IMG/VR virus record: IMGVR_UViG_3300045988_130925
Span: 1-46,477 of that record
DNA from: a virus
Strand: one strand, 5' to 3'
DNA length: 46,477 bases
A program made the position numbers and the translations under genes. How positions within the stretch are numbered: the first letter of the stretch is position 1; every line of letters starts with the position of its first letter. This document shows, piece after piece, positions 1-8,279 of this stretch. A model generated the notes under the pieces. The model was not told the origin of the DNA. It saw only the letters and a list, made by a program, of their open reading frames with translations, and did no database searches.

Positions 1-193
1 GTTTGGCAGCTCACAGGTCGGCGAGATGTTTGACAGCTCACAGGTCGGCGAGATGCGGGACAGCTCACAGGTCGGCGAGATGTTTGGCAGCTCACAGGTC
101 GGCGAGATGCGGGGCAGCTCACAGGTCGGCAAGATGCGGGGCAGCTCACAGGTCGGCAAGATGTGGGACAGCTCACAGGTCGGCGTGATGCGG
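1..193 (+). repeat. 27-bp coding tandem repeat, 7 units (cagctcacaggtcggcgagatg core plus variable positions)
   Basis: Read directly: the core recurs every 27 nt and is the same array as 46315-46477. Confidence 0.95.
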
Positions 194-301
194 GGCAGAA
201 GTACAGCCAAAGATTTTAAAAACTGGCCGAAGGTTAAAATATGGGTATCTCAAGAAGGTACATTTGAGATGGTGGCGCATCAGAACAAAAGCGAGGAATA
301 A
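2..301 (+). CDS. C-terminal part of a nonapeptide-repeat protein; the N-terminal part is 45916-46477 and the gene spans the window junction
   Basis: Same frame and same [D/G]SSQVGEM[F/W/R] repeat as the open-ended ORF at the right end. Stop at 299-301. Confidence 0.65.
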   Translation, partial: FGSSQVGEMFDSSQVGEMRDSSQVGEMFGSSQVGEMRGSSQVGKMRGSSQVGKMWDSSQVGVMRGRSTAKDFKNWPKVKIWVSQEGTFEMVAHQNKSEE

Positions 302-304
302 CAT

Positions 305-472
305 ATGCAGGAGCAGAAGAAAAACGAATCCTGGGGCGAATTCGAAGAGTTTTTCGCAACGGCAGTTATAAACCAGGCGAACAGGAGTACAAAAAGATGG
401 TTCTTTGCATGGATGGTAACAACGGTGGTTTTATTGGTTACCAATGCAGTGTGGATATCGGTTGTTTTTTAG
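305..472 (+). CDS. small hypothetical membrane protein (55 aa)
   Basis: ATG 4 nt after the previous stop. Hydrophobic C-terminus WFFAWMVTTVVLLVTNAVWISVVF. Too short for the ORF track. Confidence 0.4.
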   Translation: MQEQKKNESWGEFEEFFATAVINQANRSTKRWFFAWMVTTVVLLVTNAVWISVVF

Positions 473-484
473 GAGGTGGATACG

Positions 485-661
485 ATGATCGAATGTCATG
501 AGCGGAGACATCCGGCGGCGCTCAGTTATGTGGCTGTCATGAGCGACCCAGAGCGGGCAACGGAAGCATACGAAGAACATCAGCAGAACGAAGATAAGCT
601 GTTTTGGCTTGCTATGATCTGCTGGACACTGACAGCCCTTGCGGTTGTCGCCCTGGCATGA
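485..661 (+). CDS. small hypothetical membrane protein
   Basis: AGGAGGTGGA RBS at 471-480, then ATG 485. C-terminal TM-like LFWLAMICWTLTALAVVALA. Confidence 0.45.
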   Translation: MIECHERRHPAALSYVAVMSDPERATEAYEEHQQNEDKLFWLAMICWTLTALAVVALA

Positions 662-826
662 ATCGGAGGATGTGCCGAACGAACCGGGCGGCGGCGCTGA
701 CCGGCGCAAGCTGTTACACCGGGTACGCGAAGCCAAAGAAAAAGGCCGTCAGCTTGACGGAGCTGAACGGCCAACTGGTAAATAAATTACAGTTACAGTT
801 TAACAGAGGTGGAGGTAAAAAGCAAG

Positions 827-1168
827 ATGGTAAAAGCAAGCATTGAAAGTAATGGACATAAGGACACAATCACAGGAGACCTTATTATTATCCTTATGGC
901 TACACAAAACGGCAAAGATGAAGGCATGGTAGAGTATTCGCTTGGCAGTATAGCACATGGAGAAGCCGACAAGGACGATTTTCCACTCATATTCGCATCA
1001 TGGATTGATGAACTTTTTAAAAGTACTATGAGCGAATCAGATTACACCAAAGCGCTGCTTGATGTAAAAGAGGAGCTTGATAAGAGATACAAAAAGGCTG
1101 TCGAAGAGGAGAACGAAAGATTTCTCAATGAGGTTCTTGATAGGAAGGAAAATAAAAATGAACGATAA
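827..1168 (+). CDS. hypothetical protein (acidic, coiled-coil C-terminus)
   Basis: ORF 809-1168; ATG 827 follows GAGGTGGAGG. Confidence 0.55.
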   Translation: MVKASIESNGHKDTITGDLIIILMATQNGKDEGMVEYSLGSIAHGEADKDDFPLIFASWIDELFKSTMSESDYTKALLDVKEELDKRYKKAVEEENERFLNEVLDRKENKNER

Positions 1169-1361
1169 TATGGTTATAATCCCGTATGAGGATTTTGCGA
1201 AGATGATGAAAACAGCGGGACGCGTTGAAGCGGCATTGGCTGTTTTGAGAACAGAAACGGGGAGCTATGTCAAATGCCAAGAGATGATTGCCATTCTGGA
1301 TGGCGAAGAAACTACAGATCACGCCACCGTTTTAGGGAGTGTGCAATGTGGTGCGGAATAG
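1158..1361 (+). CDS. hypothetical protein
   Basis: ATG 1158 after AGGAAGGA; overlaps the upstream stop, as in a phage operon. Confidence 0.5.
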   Translation: MNDNMVIIPYEDFAKMMKTAGRVEAALAVLRTETGSYVKCQEMIAILDGEETTDHATVLGSVQCGAE

Positions 1362-1528
1362 GGCCGGAGGACGGCCACAGAGTTCCAGAATGCGAAGCAT
1401 ATGACTATGCAAAAGCGCATCTGGATGAAATGCCGGAGAAGGACAAGCAGCTGTTTGTGGAGTTTTTCTTCTCCGGTAACTGGGTAAAGGAGGAAGACTG
1501 TGAAGGAATTGAAGTTTCGCCTGCTTAA
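1346..1528 (+). CDS. hypothetical protein
   Basis: ATG 1346 after AGGGAG; overlapping operon layout. Confidence 0.45.
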   Translation: MWCGIGPEDGHRVPECEAYDYAKAHLDEMPEKDKQLFVEFFFSGNWVKEEDCEGIEVSPA

Positions 1529-2288
1529 GGCATCAGAGATTGACTGCCGTATTGCTACGGTAAGCCAGAAAGGTGTATCTGTGTTGCTCTACAAGGATGC
1601 GCGTGTGGATCAGAACATACTGGATGAGACTGTAGGTCCGATGAACTGGCAGAGAAACCACAGCCGTGATAATGCGAACTGTACAGTCAGCTTGTGGGAC
1701 GAAGATAAAAAACAGTGGGTATCAAAAGAAGATACCGGAACAGAGAGTTACACCGAAAAGGAAAAGGGCCTTGCATCCGACAGTTTTAAACGTGCTTGTT
1801 TTAACTGGGGCATTGGCCGGGAGCTTTATACAGCCCCGTTTATCTGGATACCTGCCGGAGATTGCAAAGTTACAGAGAGTGGCAGGACGGATGCCAGAGG
1901 TAAAGCGATTTATACATGCAATGATCGCTTTACAGTCAGCAGGATCGGATACGATGAGGAACGCAACATAAATGATTTGGTGATTAAGTGCAAAAACAGT
2001 GTGGTTTATTCTATGAGGAAAGTGGCAGCGGACGGAAAAGAGCTTCAGATGCCGGAGGAATTGGATGGGAAGTATGTAAATTCTCTTGCGCTGGAACTTA
2101 AGCGCACAGGGGTAAGCCTTAAGAGTATGCTTAAAAGCTACGCCGTAGCAGATGTGCACGACCTCAGCTTTGAACAGTATAAAGATGCAATGGACAAGCT
2201 CAGAACTAAGCCAGATGTAAAGCCATTAAATACTACGCCGCCGGATGATGCCGGAGATGGACTGCCCTGGAACACACCTGCGAGGTAG
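1500..2288 (+). CDS. Rad52/Sak-type single-strand annealing protein
   Basis: Motif ASDSFKRACFNWGIGRELY matches the Rad52/Rad22-family signature (KRA..FG.G..LY). GTG start after AAGGAGGAAG. Confidence 0.8.
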   Translation: MKELKFRLLKASEIDCRIATVSQKGVSVLLYKDARVDQNILDETVGPMNWQRNHSRDNANCTVSLWDEDKKQWVSKEDTGTESYTEKEKGLASDSFKRACFNWGIGRELYTAPFIWIPAGDCKVTESGRTDARGKAIYTCNDRFTVSRIGYDEERNINDLVIKCKNSVVYSMRKVAADGKELQMPEELDGKYVNSLALELKRTGVSLKSMLKSYAVADVHDLSFEQYKDAMDKLRTKPDVKPLNTTPPDDAGDGLPWNTPAR

Positions 2289-2291
2289 CCT

Positions 2292-2864
2292 ATGGAGTGC
2301 AAGGGAAAACTGATAAATGCCGCCAAAGACTGGGTATCCGGTAAGTTCCGGCTGACATTTGAAATCGAGGACGATGTATCCGGCCAGATTGACGGCATTG
2401 CGGATAAGCCTCTGCGGATTAAGGCGGCACATTGGAGAGAAAAAAGAAGCCTTGACAGCAACGCATACTATTGGGTACTACTTTCAAAACTCGCCGAAGA
2501 CCTCCGCATATCAAAACCACGGGCGCATAACATCATGCTGAGGGAATACGGTCAAGTGGAACTGGTGGACGGTTCCAGGTGCTATGTAAGAATCCCGGAC
2601 ACGGAAGAAGCCGAAAACGATGTGATGGAAAGAACGGTGTTTCACCTCCGCCCAACATCACAGGTGGTCGAAGGGAATGACGGAATCAACTACCGTACAT
2701 ACGTTGTTCTGATGGGGTCCAGCCGCTACGACACCGCTGAGATGTCGCACCTTCTGGATGGCCTGATTTACGAGTGTAAGGTACTTGGCATTGAGACAGC
2801 CACACCGGAAGAACTGGAACGGATGAAGCAGCTTTACGATCAGAACCGGAGGGAAGATGGCTAA
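2292..2864 (+). CDS. NinB/Orf-like recombination mediator (tentative)
   Basis: KRSLDSNAYYWVLLSKLAE resembles the lambda NinB RSLDQN..LW motif. Sits next to the annealase. Confidence 0.45.
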   Translation: MECKGKLINAAKDWVSGKFRLTFEIEDDVSGQIDGIADKPLRIKAAHWREKRSLDSNAYYWVLLSKLAEDLRISKPRAHNIMLREYGQVELVDGSRCYVRIPDTEEAENDVMERTVFHLRPTSQVVEGNDGINYRTYVVLMGSSRYDTAEMSHLLDGLIYECKVLGIETATPEELERMKQLYDQNRREDG

Positions 2865-3159
2865 GAGACTTTGGAGCGTTTTTACTGACGATATGGATCA
2901 CTGCTACTTTACCGGCTCATCTGCGGTAGAGCGGCACCATATCTTTGAGAGCCGACAGGGGTTTAAGAAGAAATCCGAAGCAAGAGGGTTTGTGATACCG
3001 CTGCGGCCAGACCTACACCCAAATGGGGCAAGATTCATCCGATCGGAAGAGAATTTAAAGATTGACCGGATATTGAAACAGATGGCCCAGACATACTACG
3101 AGGAGCATTACGGGAGCCGTGATGACTTCCGGCAGGAGTTTGGCAAATCATATTTATGA
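2857..3159 (+). CDS. hypothetical protein with a Cys/His motif (possible small nuclease)
   Basis: DHCYFTGSSAVERHHIF motif; located in the recombination module. Confidence 0.4.
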   Translation: MAKRLWSVFTDDMDHCYFTGSSAVERHHIFESRQGFKKKSEARGFVIPLRPDLHPNGARFIRSEENLKIDRILKQMAQTYYEEHYGSRDDFRQEFGKSYL

Positions 3160-3281
3160 TGTATAGCCGCAAGGCTTTACATATAGCTCATGGCTTTGAT
3201 TAATGTGTCACGACAGTATATTGATGCCATTGATATTGCCCCGCACGCTGATATCTGCCCTGCGGGGCAGAAAGGAGGGCT

Positions 3282-3653
3282 ATGGACTTTAAGGTTAAAT
3301 CTGCCGCAACAGCGGCTGTATATAATGCTATAGGCGTAGGACGTGAGAATGCCACAAGCCGCGGTGACCTGGTAAGGCAGACGGGCCTCCCAGATCGTGC
3401 GGTAAGGCGGGCAATCGAAATCCTTAGATATGATCGTCCCATCCTTACTGCGGACAACGGAAAAGGTTATTACATCCCCTTATCAAACGATCAGGGACGG
3501 AAAGAAGCTGAACGATGGGTAGAAACACAGAATCGCAGATGCAAAAGCATAAAAACAGCAGAAAGAGGAGCAAAGCGCTTTGCGAAGCAAGGCATCAAGA
3601 ACGGCCAGATAGTCGGTCAGCTTTCCCTCTTTGGAGGTATTGGAAATGGGTAA
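3282..3653 (+). CDS. winged-helix DNA-binding protein (putative)
   Basis: SRGDLVRQTGLPDRAVRRAIEILR looks like a wHTH recognition region. Confidence 0.5.
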   Translation: MDFKVKSAATAAVYNAIGVGRENATSRGDLVRQTGLPDRAVRRAIEILRYDRPILTADNGKGYYIPLSNDQGRKEAERWVETQNRRCKSIKTAERGAKRFAKQGIKNGQIVGQLSLFGGIGNG

Positions 3654-3981
3654 AGCACAGAGAGAAAAGGGAGCTAGGGGAGAAAGGGAGCTTGCCGGGA
3701 TACTCCGTGAGGAGGGATATGACACCAGAAGGGGGCAGCAGTATTGCGGCGCAGCGGGCAACGCTGATGTGATCGGTCTCCCTGGTATCCATATTGAGTG
3801 TAAGCGGGTTGAGAAACTGAATCTTCTGGATGCAGTAGCACAGGCGGTGCATGACGCGCTTCCTGGCCTGCTTCCGGCGGTATTCCACCGGCGCGACCGC
3901 TGTGAATGGTTGGTAACCATGCGGCTTACCGACTGGATCCAGATTTACAGAGAGTGGGAGGCCGGAAGAGATGAGAGATAG
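3646..3981 (+). CDS. Hjc/PDDEXK-type Holliday junction resolvase (putative)
   Basis: KGARGERELAGILREEGY...NADVIG...IECKR matches the E..D..E.K nuclease layout. ATG 3646 after GGAGGT. Confidence 0.6.
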   Translation: MGKAQREKGARGERELAGILREEGYDTRRGQQYCGAAGNADVIGLPGIHIECKRVEKLNLLDAVAQAVHDALPGLLPAVFHRRDRCEWLVTMRLTDWIQIYREWEAGRDER

Positions 3982-4621
3982 CTTGATATTTTACAGCAGC
4001 TTTGCAAAAGCTATAAAACGCCTACCGGACGCAGAACAGCTTAAGGCACTGTGGGCCATCATTGACTACGGCCTAGAGGATATGGAACCGGAAGATGACG
4101 GCTGTACATATATGGCTATCTTTGACATGGCAAAACCCCAGATTGATGCCAATATCAAGCGTAAGGCTGATGGGGCGAAAGGTGGGCGTCCGGCGAAACA
4201 AACCTACACGGAAGAAACCAGTGGTAATGAAGATGAAAAACCAGTGGTTAAGAAGAAAAAGAAAGAAGCAAAGCCGGAAGATAACAGCCCTGTTGTTGGG
4301 AATGTCGAACTGAACGATGGTACTACATATGGTGTCACTGAAAAAGTCTTATCAGAACTACAGAGCCTTTATCCGGCTGTGAATGCTGAACAGGAGCTTC
4401 GCAACATCATTGGATGGTGCAACGCCAATCCGAAGAACCGGAAGACCCGCAGCGGTGTTATGAGGTTTATCAATAGCTGGTTCTCCAGAACACAGAACAG
4501 CGCACGGAAGAGCGAGCAGCAGAAAAAACAGAACGCATTCTGCAACTTCGAGGACCGCGGGACCGACTACGATGATCTGGTAAACAACAGCGTAAAGGAA
4601 TGGATTGGAGGGGACACATGA
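3971..4621 (+). CDS. replication-associated protein (DnaD-like / phage conserved C-terminus type, tentative)
   Basis: Lys-rich linker and C-terminal ELRNIIGWCNANPKNRKTRSGVMRFINSWF, typical of replisome-organizer-like proteins. Confidence 0.4.
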   Translation: MRDSLIFYSSFAKAIKRLPDAEQLKALWAIIDYGLEDMEPEDDGCTYMAIFDMAKPQIDANIKRKADGAKGGRPAKQTYTEETSGNEDEKPVVKKKKKEAKPEDNSPVVGNVELNDGTTYGVTEKVLSELQSLYPAVNAEQELRNIIGWCNANPKNRKTRSGVMRFINSWFSRTQNSARKSEQQKKQNAFCNFEDRGTDYDDLVNNSVKEWIGGDT

Positions 4622-4827
4622 TAAAGCTTTTAAAAGGTTTTGATATCCGCGTGAGAATCATGAGCGCAGAACATAAGCATCACAGATTCTGCGGTACCGT
4701 GATCGGCAGCTATGATGGTGTATACGGTGTGATGTTGGATACCGGAGAGTATGCGGATATTCCGGCAGAACAGGTGCAGGTAATAATGGTAAAGGAGAAC
4801 ATCGTAAAAGCTGGAGGGCTGAGCTGA
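4618..4827 (+). CDS. hypothetical protein
   Basis: ATG 4618 after GGAGGGG; overlaps the upstream stop. Confidence 0.5.
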   Translation: MIKLLKGFDIRVRIMSAEHKHHRFCGTVIGSYDGVYGVMLDTGEYADIPAEQVQVIMVKENIVKAGGLS

Positions 4828-4950
4828 ATGGATTTTGTATTAATTGAAAAAGAGAAGACCGAAAAAATTGACCGGCTGCTGGAACGCTACGGGCGGATCC
4901 AGCGCCGGAGAGCCTGGCACAAGCGCAGCAGGTCAGGAAAACGGAAGTAA
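4828..4950 (+). CDS. small basic hypothetical protein (40 aa)
   Basis: ATG immediately follows the upstream TGA. Arg/Lys-rich tail. Below the ORF-track cutoff. Confidence 0.3.
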   Translation: MDFVLIEKEKTEKIDRLLERYGRIQRRRAWHKRSRSGKRK

Positions 4951-5008
4951 ATTCTATGACTAACTTATGACTTTCTATGACTAAGTTCAATTAAGAATGG
5001 AGGAAAAG

Positions 5009-5439
5009 ATGGGAAGAGAATTAAGGCGGGTTCCACTGGAATTCGACTATCCACAAAAAGAAGTGTGGTACGGTTTTTATTTAGGCGTCCAGACTTGCAT
5101 GGGAGAGAAACACTGCTTGCAGTGCAAAGAAATGGCAAAAATCAAAGGCATACCGATGACAAGCTATGGATGCCCGGATTTTGAAGAATACCTAAAAGAA
5201 CCATTGGGGAAACTCAAAGAATTACTTGATCCGCCGACTGGCGAAGGGTATCAACTGTGGGAGACAACATCAGAAGGAAGCCCGAGTTCTCCGGTTTTCG
5301 CATCTCTGGACGATCTTTGCGAGTGGTGCGAAAAAACGCGACCACATTCGGGTCATACACAGCAACAAAAGAAGAATGGAAACAAATGTTGACAGAAAAC
5401 TTTGTCTATCACAAAAAGGGCGGAGTGGTGTTTTTATAA
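5009..5439 (+). CDS. hypothetical protein whose reading frame is interrupted at an A6 run (5331-5336)
   Basis: Frame of 4997-5392 reads sensibly up to ...LCEWCEK. The -1 frame continues sensibly as NATTFGSYTATKEEWKQMLTENFVYHKKGGVVFL to a stop at 5439. Confidence 0.5.
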
Positions 5440-5459
5440 TTAAGAGTCGGAGGACGAAG

Positions 5460-5702
5460 ATGAACGGGAGACAGAAAAAGAAGAAATTCAGAAAATTCAT
5501 ATTAGCATGCGAGGGATATCGGAAAAGAAGAGAAGAGGCGAGAAGAGAAAATATAGAGTGGAGAAAAGACTCTAGAAAAATACGCATAAGCTTTTGGTAC
5601 GGTCAGAAATATAGCTGGCCAAACCGATACCGCAATAAAACTGTTTGCAGAAAACATCTTGAATTAACTACGAACGGGCTGGCAGAACGGTGGCTATATT
5701 AA
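5460..5702 (+). CDS. highly basic hypothetical protein
   Basis: ATG 5460 after GGAGGA; the part of ORF 5226-5702 upstream of it overlaps the previous gene. Confidence 0.45.
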   Translation: MNGRQKKKKFRKFILACEGYRKRREEARRENIEWRKDSRKIRISFWYGQKYSWPNRYRNKTVCRKHLELTTNGLAERWLY

Positions 5703-5720
5703 GATTGGAGGATGTGGATT

Positions 5721-6278
5721 ATGAGTGAAAAATGGCAGTTTGTGCATGATGTTCGGGGTGGGTGGTGGCTGAGACTTACCAGTGATGAGGATATTGTCAG
5801 GTACATAAAAGCCACAAATGACAGATATGATGGGGCTATGTGCAAAGCGGTGCACAGCCCTATCGAATCCATGTCTTTAGAAGAGCGCATTAAGGCACAG
5901 ATAAACGGAGATAGAAATTATATATTGCTGCAAGCTGGTACGATCATGGCTCAGAAATGCAATGTCACGCTTTATGGAGCTTTTGAAAAACTTCAGACAG
6001 AATTTTGTATGGCGCTTCACCGGGATGTGGCTGAGAATGGCGAAACATTCGTTAATCCGGTAGGCGGAAAGACTTTTTCACTTAAATACGATCAGTTTGT
6101 ATGGCGTAGTCATCTGGCGTTCCCAGATTACAGTAAAAAGGATATTCGTATAAAGCGGTTTGACGGAGGTGCTCATTTCTATGCCTATCTTGGGGATACG
6201 CAGTTAAGAGATGGCGAAAAACTAAAATGGGATACTTACAGCGAAGCTTATGATTTCGCATCTGCAGTTGTTAATTGA
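5721..6278 (+). CDS. hypothetical protein
   Basis: ATG 5721 is 8 nt after GGAGGA; 185 aa. Confidence 0.6.
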   Translation: MSEKWQFVHDVRGGWWLRLTSDEDIVRYIKATNDRYDGAMCKAVHSPIESMSLEERIKAQINGDRNYILLQAGTIMAQKCNVTLYGAFEKLQTEFCMALHRDVAENGETFVNPVGGKTFSLKYDQFVWRSHLAFPDYSKKDIRIKRFDGGAHFYAYLGDTQLRDGEKLKWDTYSEAYDFASAVVN

Positions 6279-6297
6279 ATTAAGATGAGGTGATGGA

Positions 6298-6495
6298 ATG
6301 AAAAACTATGAAAAAGATTTTGAAGACCAAAGAAAAGCTATGGATGAGAGACAGGCAAGAGCGTATGATTTGGGTCAGATTAATGCATTAAATACACTAA
6401 TCAGAGCAGTGAATAACGGGCTTTGGGACTCGATGACATATGAGAATGTTGTATTGATGAGAGATAAGCTGATGCAGGCGATGGAATCAGATTAA
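6298..6495 (+). CDS. hypothetical protein
   Basis: GAGGTGATGG RBS, then ATG. Confidence 0.5.
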   Translation: MKNYEKDFEDQRKAMDERQARAYDLGQINALNTLIRAVNNGLWDSMTYENVVLMRDKLMQAMESD

Positions 6496-6570
6496 GATTA
6501 AAGCAGCTAAACAAAGGTTTTATGAGAGCGAAGAGGGACAGAAAATCATAGTGGAAAGGCTGGGTGGTAG

Positions 6571-6837
6571 ATGAAAGTATCAAAAACAACCATAAGGAAT
6601 TACGAAATCTATGATTGTGCCAAGTGGCGGAGTACAATCGGAGAAACGCTAATGTTCCGGCAACAACACGGAATTAAGAAAAGAGGGTTAGATAAATGCT
6701 TTGCGTGTGGATATAAGTTCGGATCCGAGGAAAAACCATATCTGGGTTTCATCAAGAATCATTCTAACCAATTCATCTGCCGGGAGTGTGCTATGAAAGT
6801 AAATCCGGAACGTGTTAGATATTCGGAGGAAAACTGA
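6571..6837 (+). CDS. hypothetical Zn-ribbon-like protein
   Basis: CFACG...CRECA cysteine pairs. Confidence 0.5.
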   Translation: MKVSKTTIRNYEIYDCAKWRSTIGETLMFRQQHGIKKRGLDKCFACGYKFGSEEKPYLGFIKNHSNQFICRECAMKVNPERVRYSEEN

Positions 6838-6838
6838 T

Positions 6839-6952
6839 ATGAAATCGTGGTATTCAAATAGCAATGATATAGAAATGAAAGACGGAAGCAAATGGAAAGA
6901 GTATAGGGTTGTATTTGAAACGGATTCAAAGGAACTGAAATTAAGATTGTGA
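6839..6952 (+). CDS. small hypothetical protein (37 aa)
   Basis: ATG 1 nt after the upstream stop; below the ORF-track cutoff. Confidence 0.3.
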   Translation: MKSWYSNSNDIEMKDGSKWKEYRVVFETDSKELKLRL

Positions 6953-6961
6953 GGAATGGAA

Positions 6962-7129
6962 ATGAAAATAGCTTGTGAAAGATGCAATAAGGTTATGGAT
7001 GCTTATTTTAGAGATAAATATGAAAAAATCAAAATGAATGATGAAGAAAAAGTGCTTTGTAAAGATTGCTATAAAATGTTACAAAGTTGGATGTACGAAC
7101 AGGAAAAGTGGTTAGAGAAACCTATGTAA
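6962..7129 (+). CDS. small CxxC hypothetical protein (55 aa)
   Basis: GAGGAATGGA RBS, then ATG 6962. CERC...CKDC pairs. Confidence 0.4.
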   Translation: MKIACERCNKVMDAYFRDKYEKIKMNDEEKVLCKDCYKMLQSWMYEQEKWLEKPM

Positions 7130-7150
7130 ATTAAGATTTGGAGAAAAAAT

Positions 7151-7345
7151 ATGAAATGTAAAAACTGCGGCCATCTGGTAAGTGAAGGATATGAATATCC
7201 AGAATACTATTGCGAATTGGGAATAGCAGACAATCCACAATATGAAAAATATGATACTGGAGAGGGCTGCACCGTTCCCAAAAAGAAAAGAGCAGAAATT
7301 TGTAAAACACTTGATGGCCTTTGGTGGGATGAATCAAAAAATTAA
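7151..7345 (+). CDS. small Cys-containing hypothetical protein
   Basis: GGAGAAAAAAT RBS, then ATG. CKNCG motif. Confidence 0.45.
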   Translation: MKCKNCGHLVSEGYEYPEYYCELGIADNPQYEKYDTGEGCTVPKKKRAEICKTLDGLWWDESKN

Positions 7346-7383
7346 GCATGAATTTAAACTGAACTTTAACGGAGGTAGAAAAA

Positions 7384-7635
7384 ATGGCTTATGGCTATAA
7401 GAATTTATCAAAAGCACAAGAAGATGCAATACGAATTATGAAAGCACATGACAATACTTTGGTAAAAAGAGACGGATTTTGGACGTACGAAAATTGTGAA
7501 TTTCATGAATGTCGTAATGGAAACGATTTGTTGAAAATTCCAATTTATAGTTGTCAATTAACAACATTAAGAGTGCTTGCACGAAGAAATGTGATTACTC
7601 TTGATGAAGATAAAGGTAGTTGTAAATTAAACTGA
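7384..7635 (+). CDS. hypothetical protein
   Basis: GGAGGTAG RBS. Confidence 0.5.
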   Translation: MAYGYKNLSKAQEDAIRIMKAHDNTLVKRDGFWTYENCEFHECRNGNDLLKIPIYSCQLTTLRVLARRNVITLDEDKGSCKLN

Positions 7636-7645
7636 AATTTAGGAG

Positions 7646-7969
7646 GTGAGTCAGACGGCGGTAACTATTTACAGCGTTAAGAAAAATGAGCAGTTTGTTG
7701 GAATGCACACTGCAAAAGAGATTGCAAACCTGCTTAAGTGCAAAGAGGGAACCGTTGGCGTATATGCCAGGAATGGCTTGCGGCTTTATGGTGAGTATGA
7801 ATTTAAGGCAGTAGACAGCAAGCCTTTGGCGAAAGAAATGCGCAGGTTATCTGTGGAATATGAAAAGGTGAGGACTCAGTTATTTAACAGCCGGTATGAT
7901 TTGAGTAGAATCAAGATCATACCAGAAATGGAGCCAGAGGATGAGAACAAGGGAAGCAAAGATGTCTGA
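7646..7969 (+). CDS. hypothetical protein with a possible HTH
   Basis: AGGAGGTGAG RBS with GTG start. TAKEIANLLKCKEGTVGVYARNG is HTH-like. Confidence 0.45.
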   Translation: MSQTAVTIYSVKKNEQFVGMHTAKEIANLLKCKEGTVGVYARNGLRLYGEYEFKAVDSKPLAKEMRRLSVEYEKVRTQLFNSRYDLSRIKIIPEMEPEDENKGSKDV

Positions 7970-8261
7970 TTATGACGTACCCAAAGAGGACGAATCCAAG
8001 CTTGACACTTACTGTCGCAGCCCGGATCCTGAGATAAAGCTTATCCTTTTTGGATGCGCGATATCAAAGGCTCCCGGCATGGAGATAGTGATATACGAGA
8101 GCCTGACAGCAAAGGATCCGAAAGAAGCTGGATATTACAGCCTATTGAGAAAAGGCCGGGACATTCCGGCCAAGACCGATGATTTTTACGGATACCGCCG
8201 GAAGGTCAAGGCAGAGTTTTACCATAGACTGAAACTCTTCGGCCTGTGGAAATACAAGTAA
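7962..8261 (+). CDS. hypothetical protein
   Basis: ATG 7962 within ORF 7941-8261; overlaps the upstream stop. Confidence 0.45.
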   Translation: MSDYDVPKEDESKLDTYCRSPDPEIKLILFGCAISKAPGMEIVIYESLTAKDPKEAGYYSLLRKGRDIPAKTDDFYGYRRKVKAEFYHRLKLFGLWKYK

Positions 8262-8279
8262 GGAGGAAAATAGGACAAG

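Noticed and set aside
3-188. ORF in an alternative frame of the tandem repeat (AHRSARC repeats)
   Set aside because: It is only a frame artefact of the 27-bp repeat. The frame matching the right-end ORF (SSQVGEM) is the one that continues across the junction.
1-193. Possible CRISPR array (regular short repeats at both window ends)
   Set aside because: The units are directly tandem with no spacers. They have a 27-bp period, are in frame and lie inside an ORF.
604-846. 80-aa ORF in the 661-826 gap
   Set aside because: The sequence is Arg/Cys-rich and implausible, with no RBS. The region is left unannotated.
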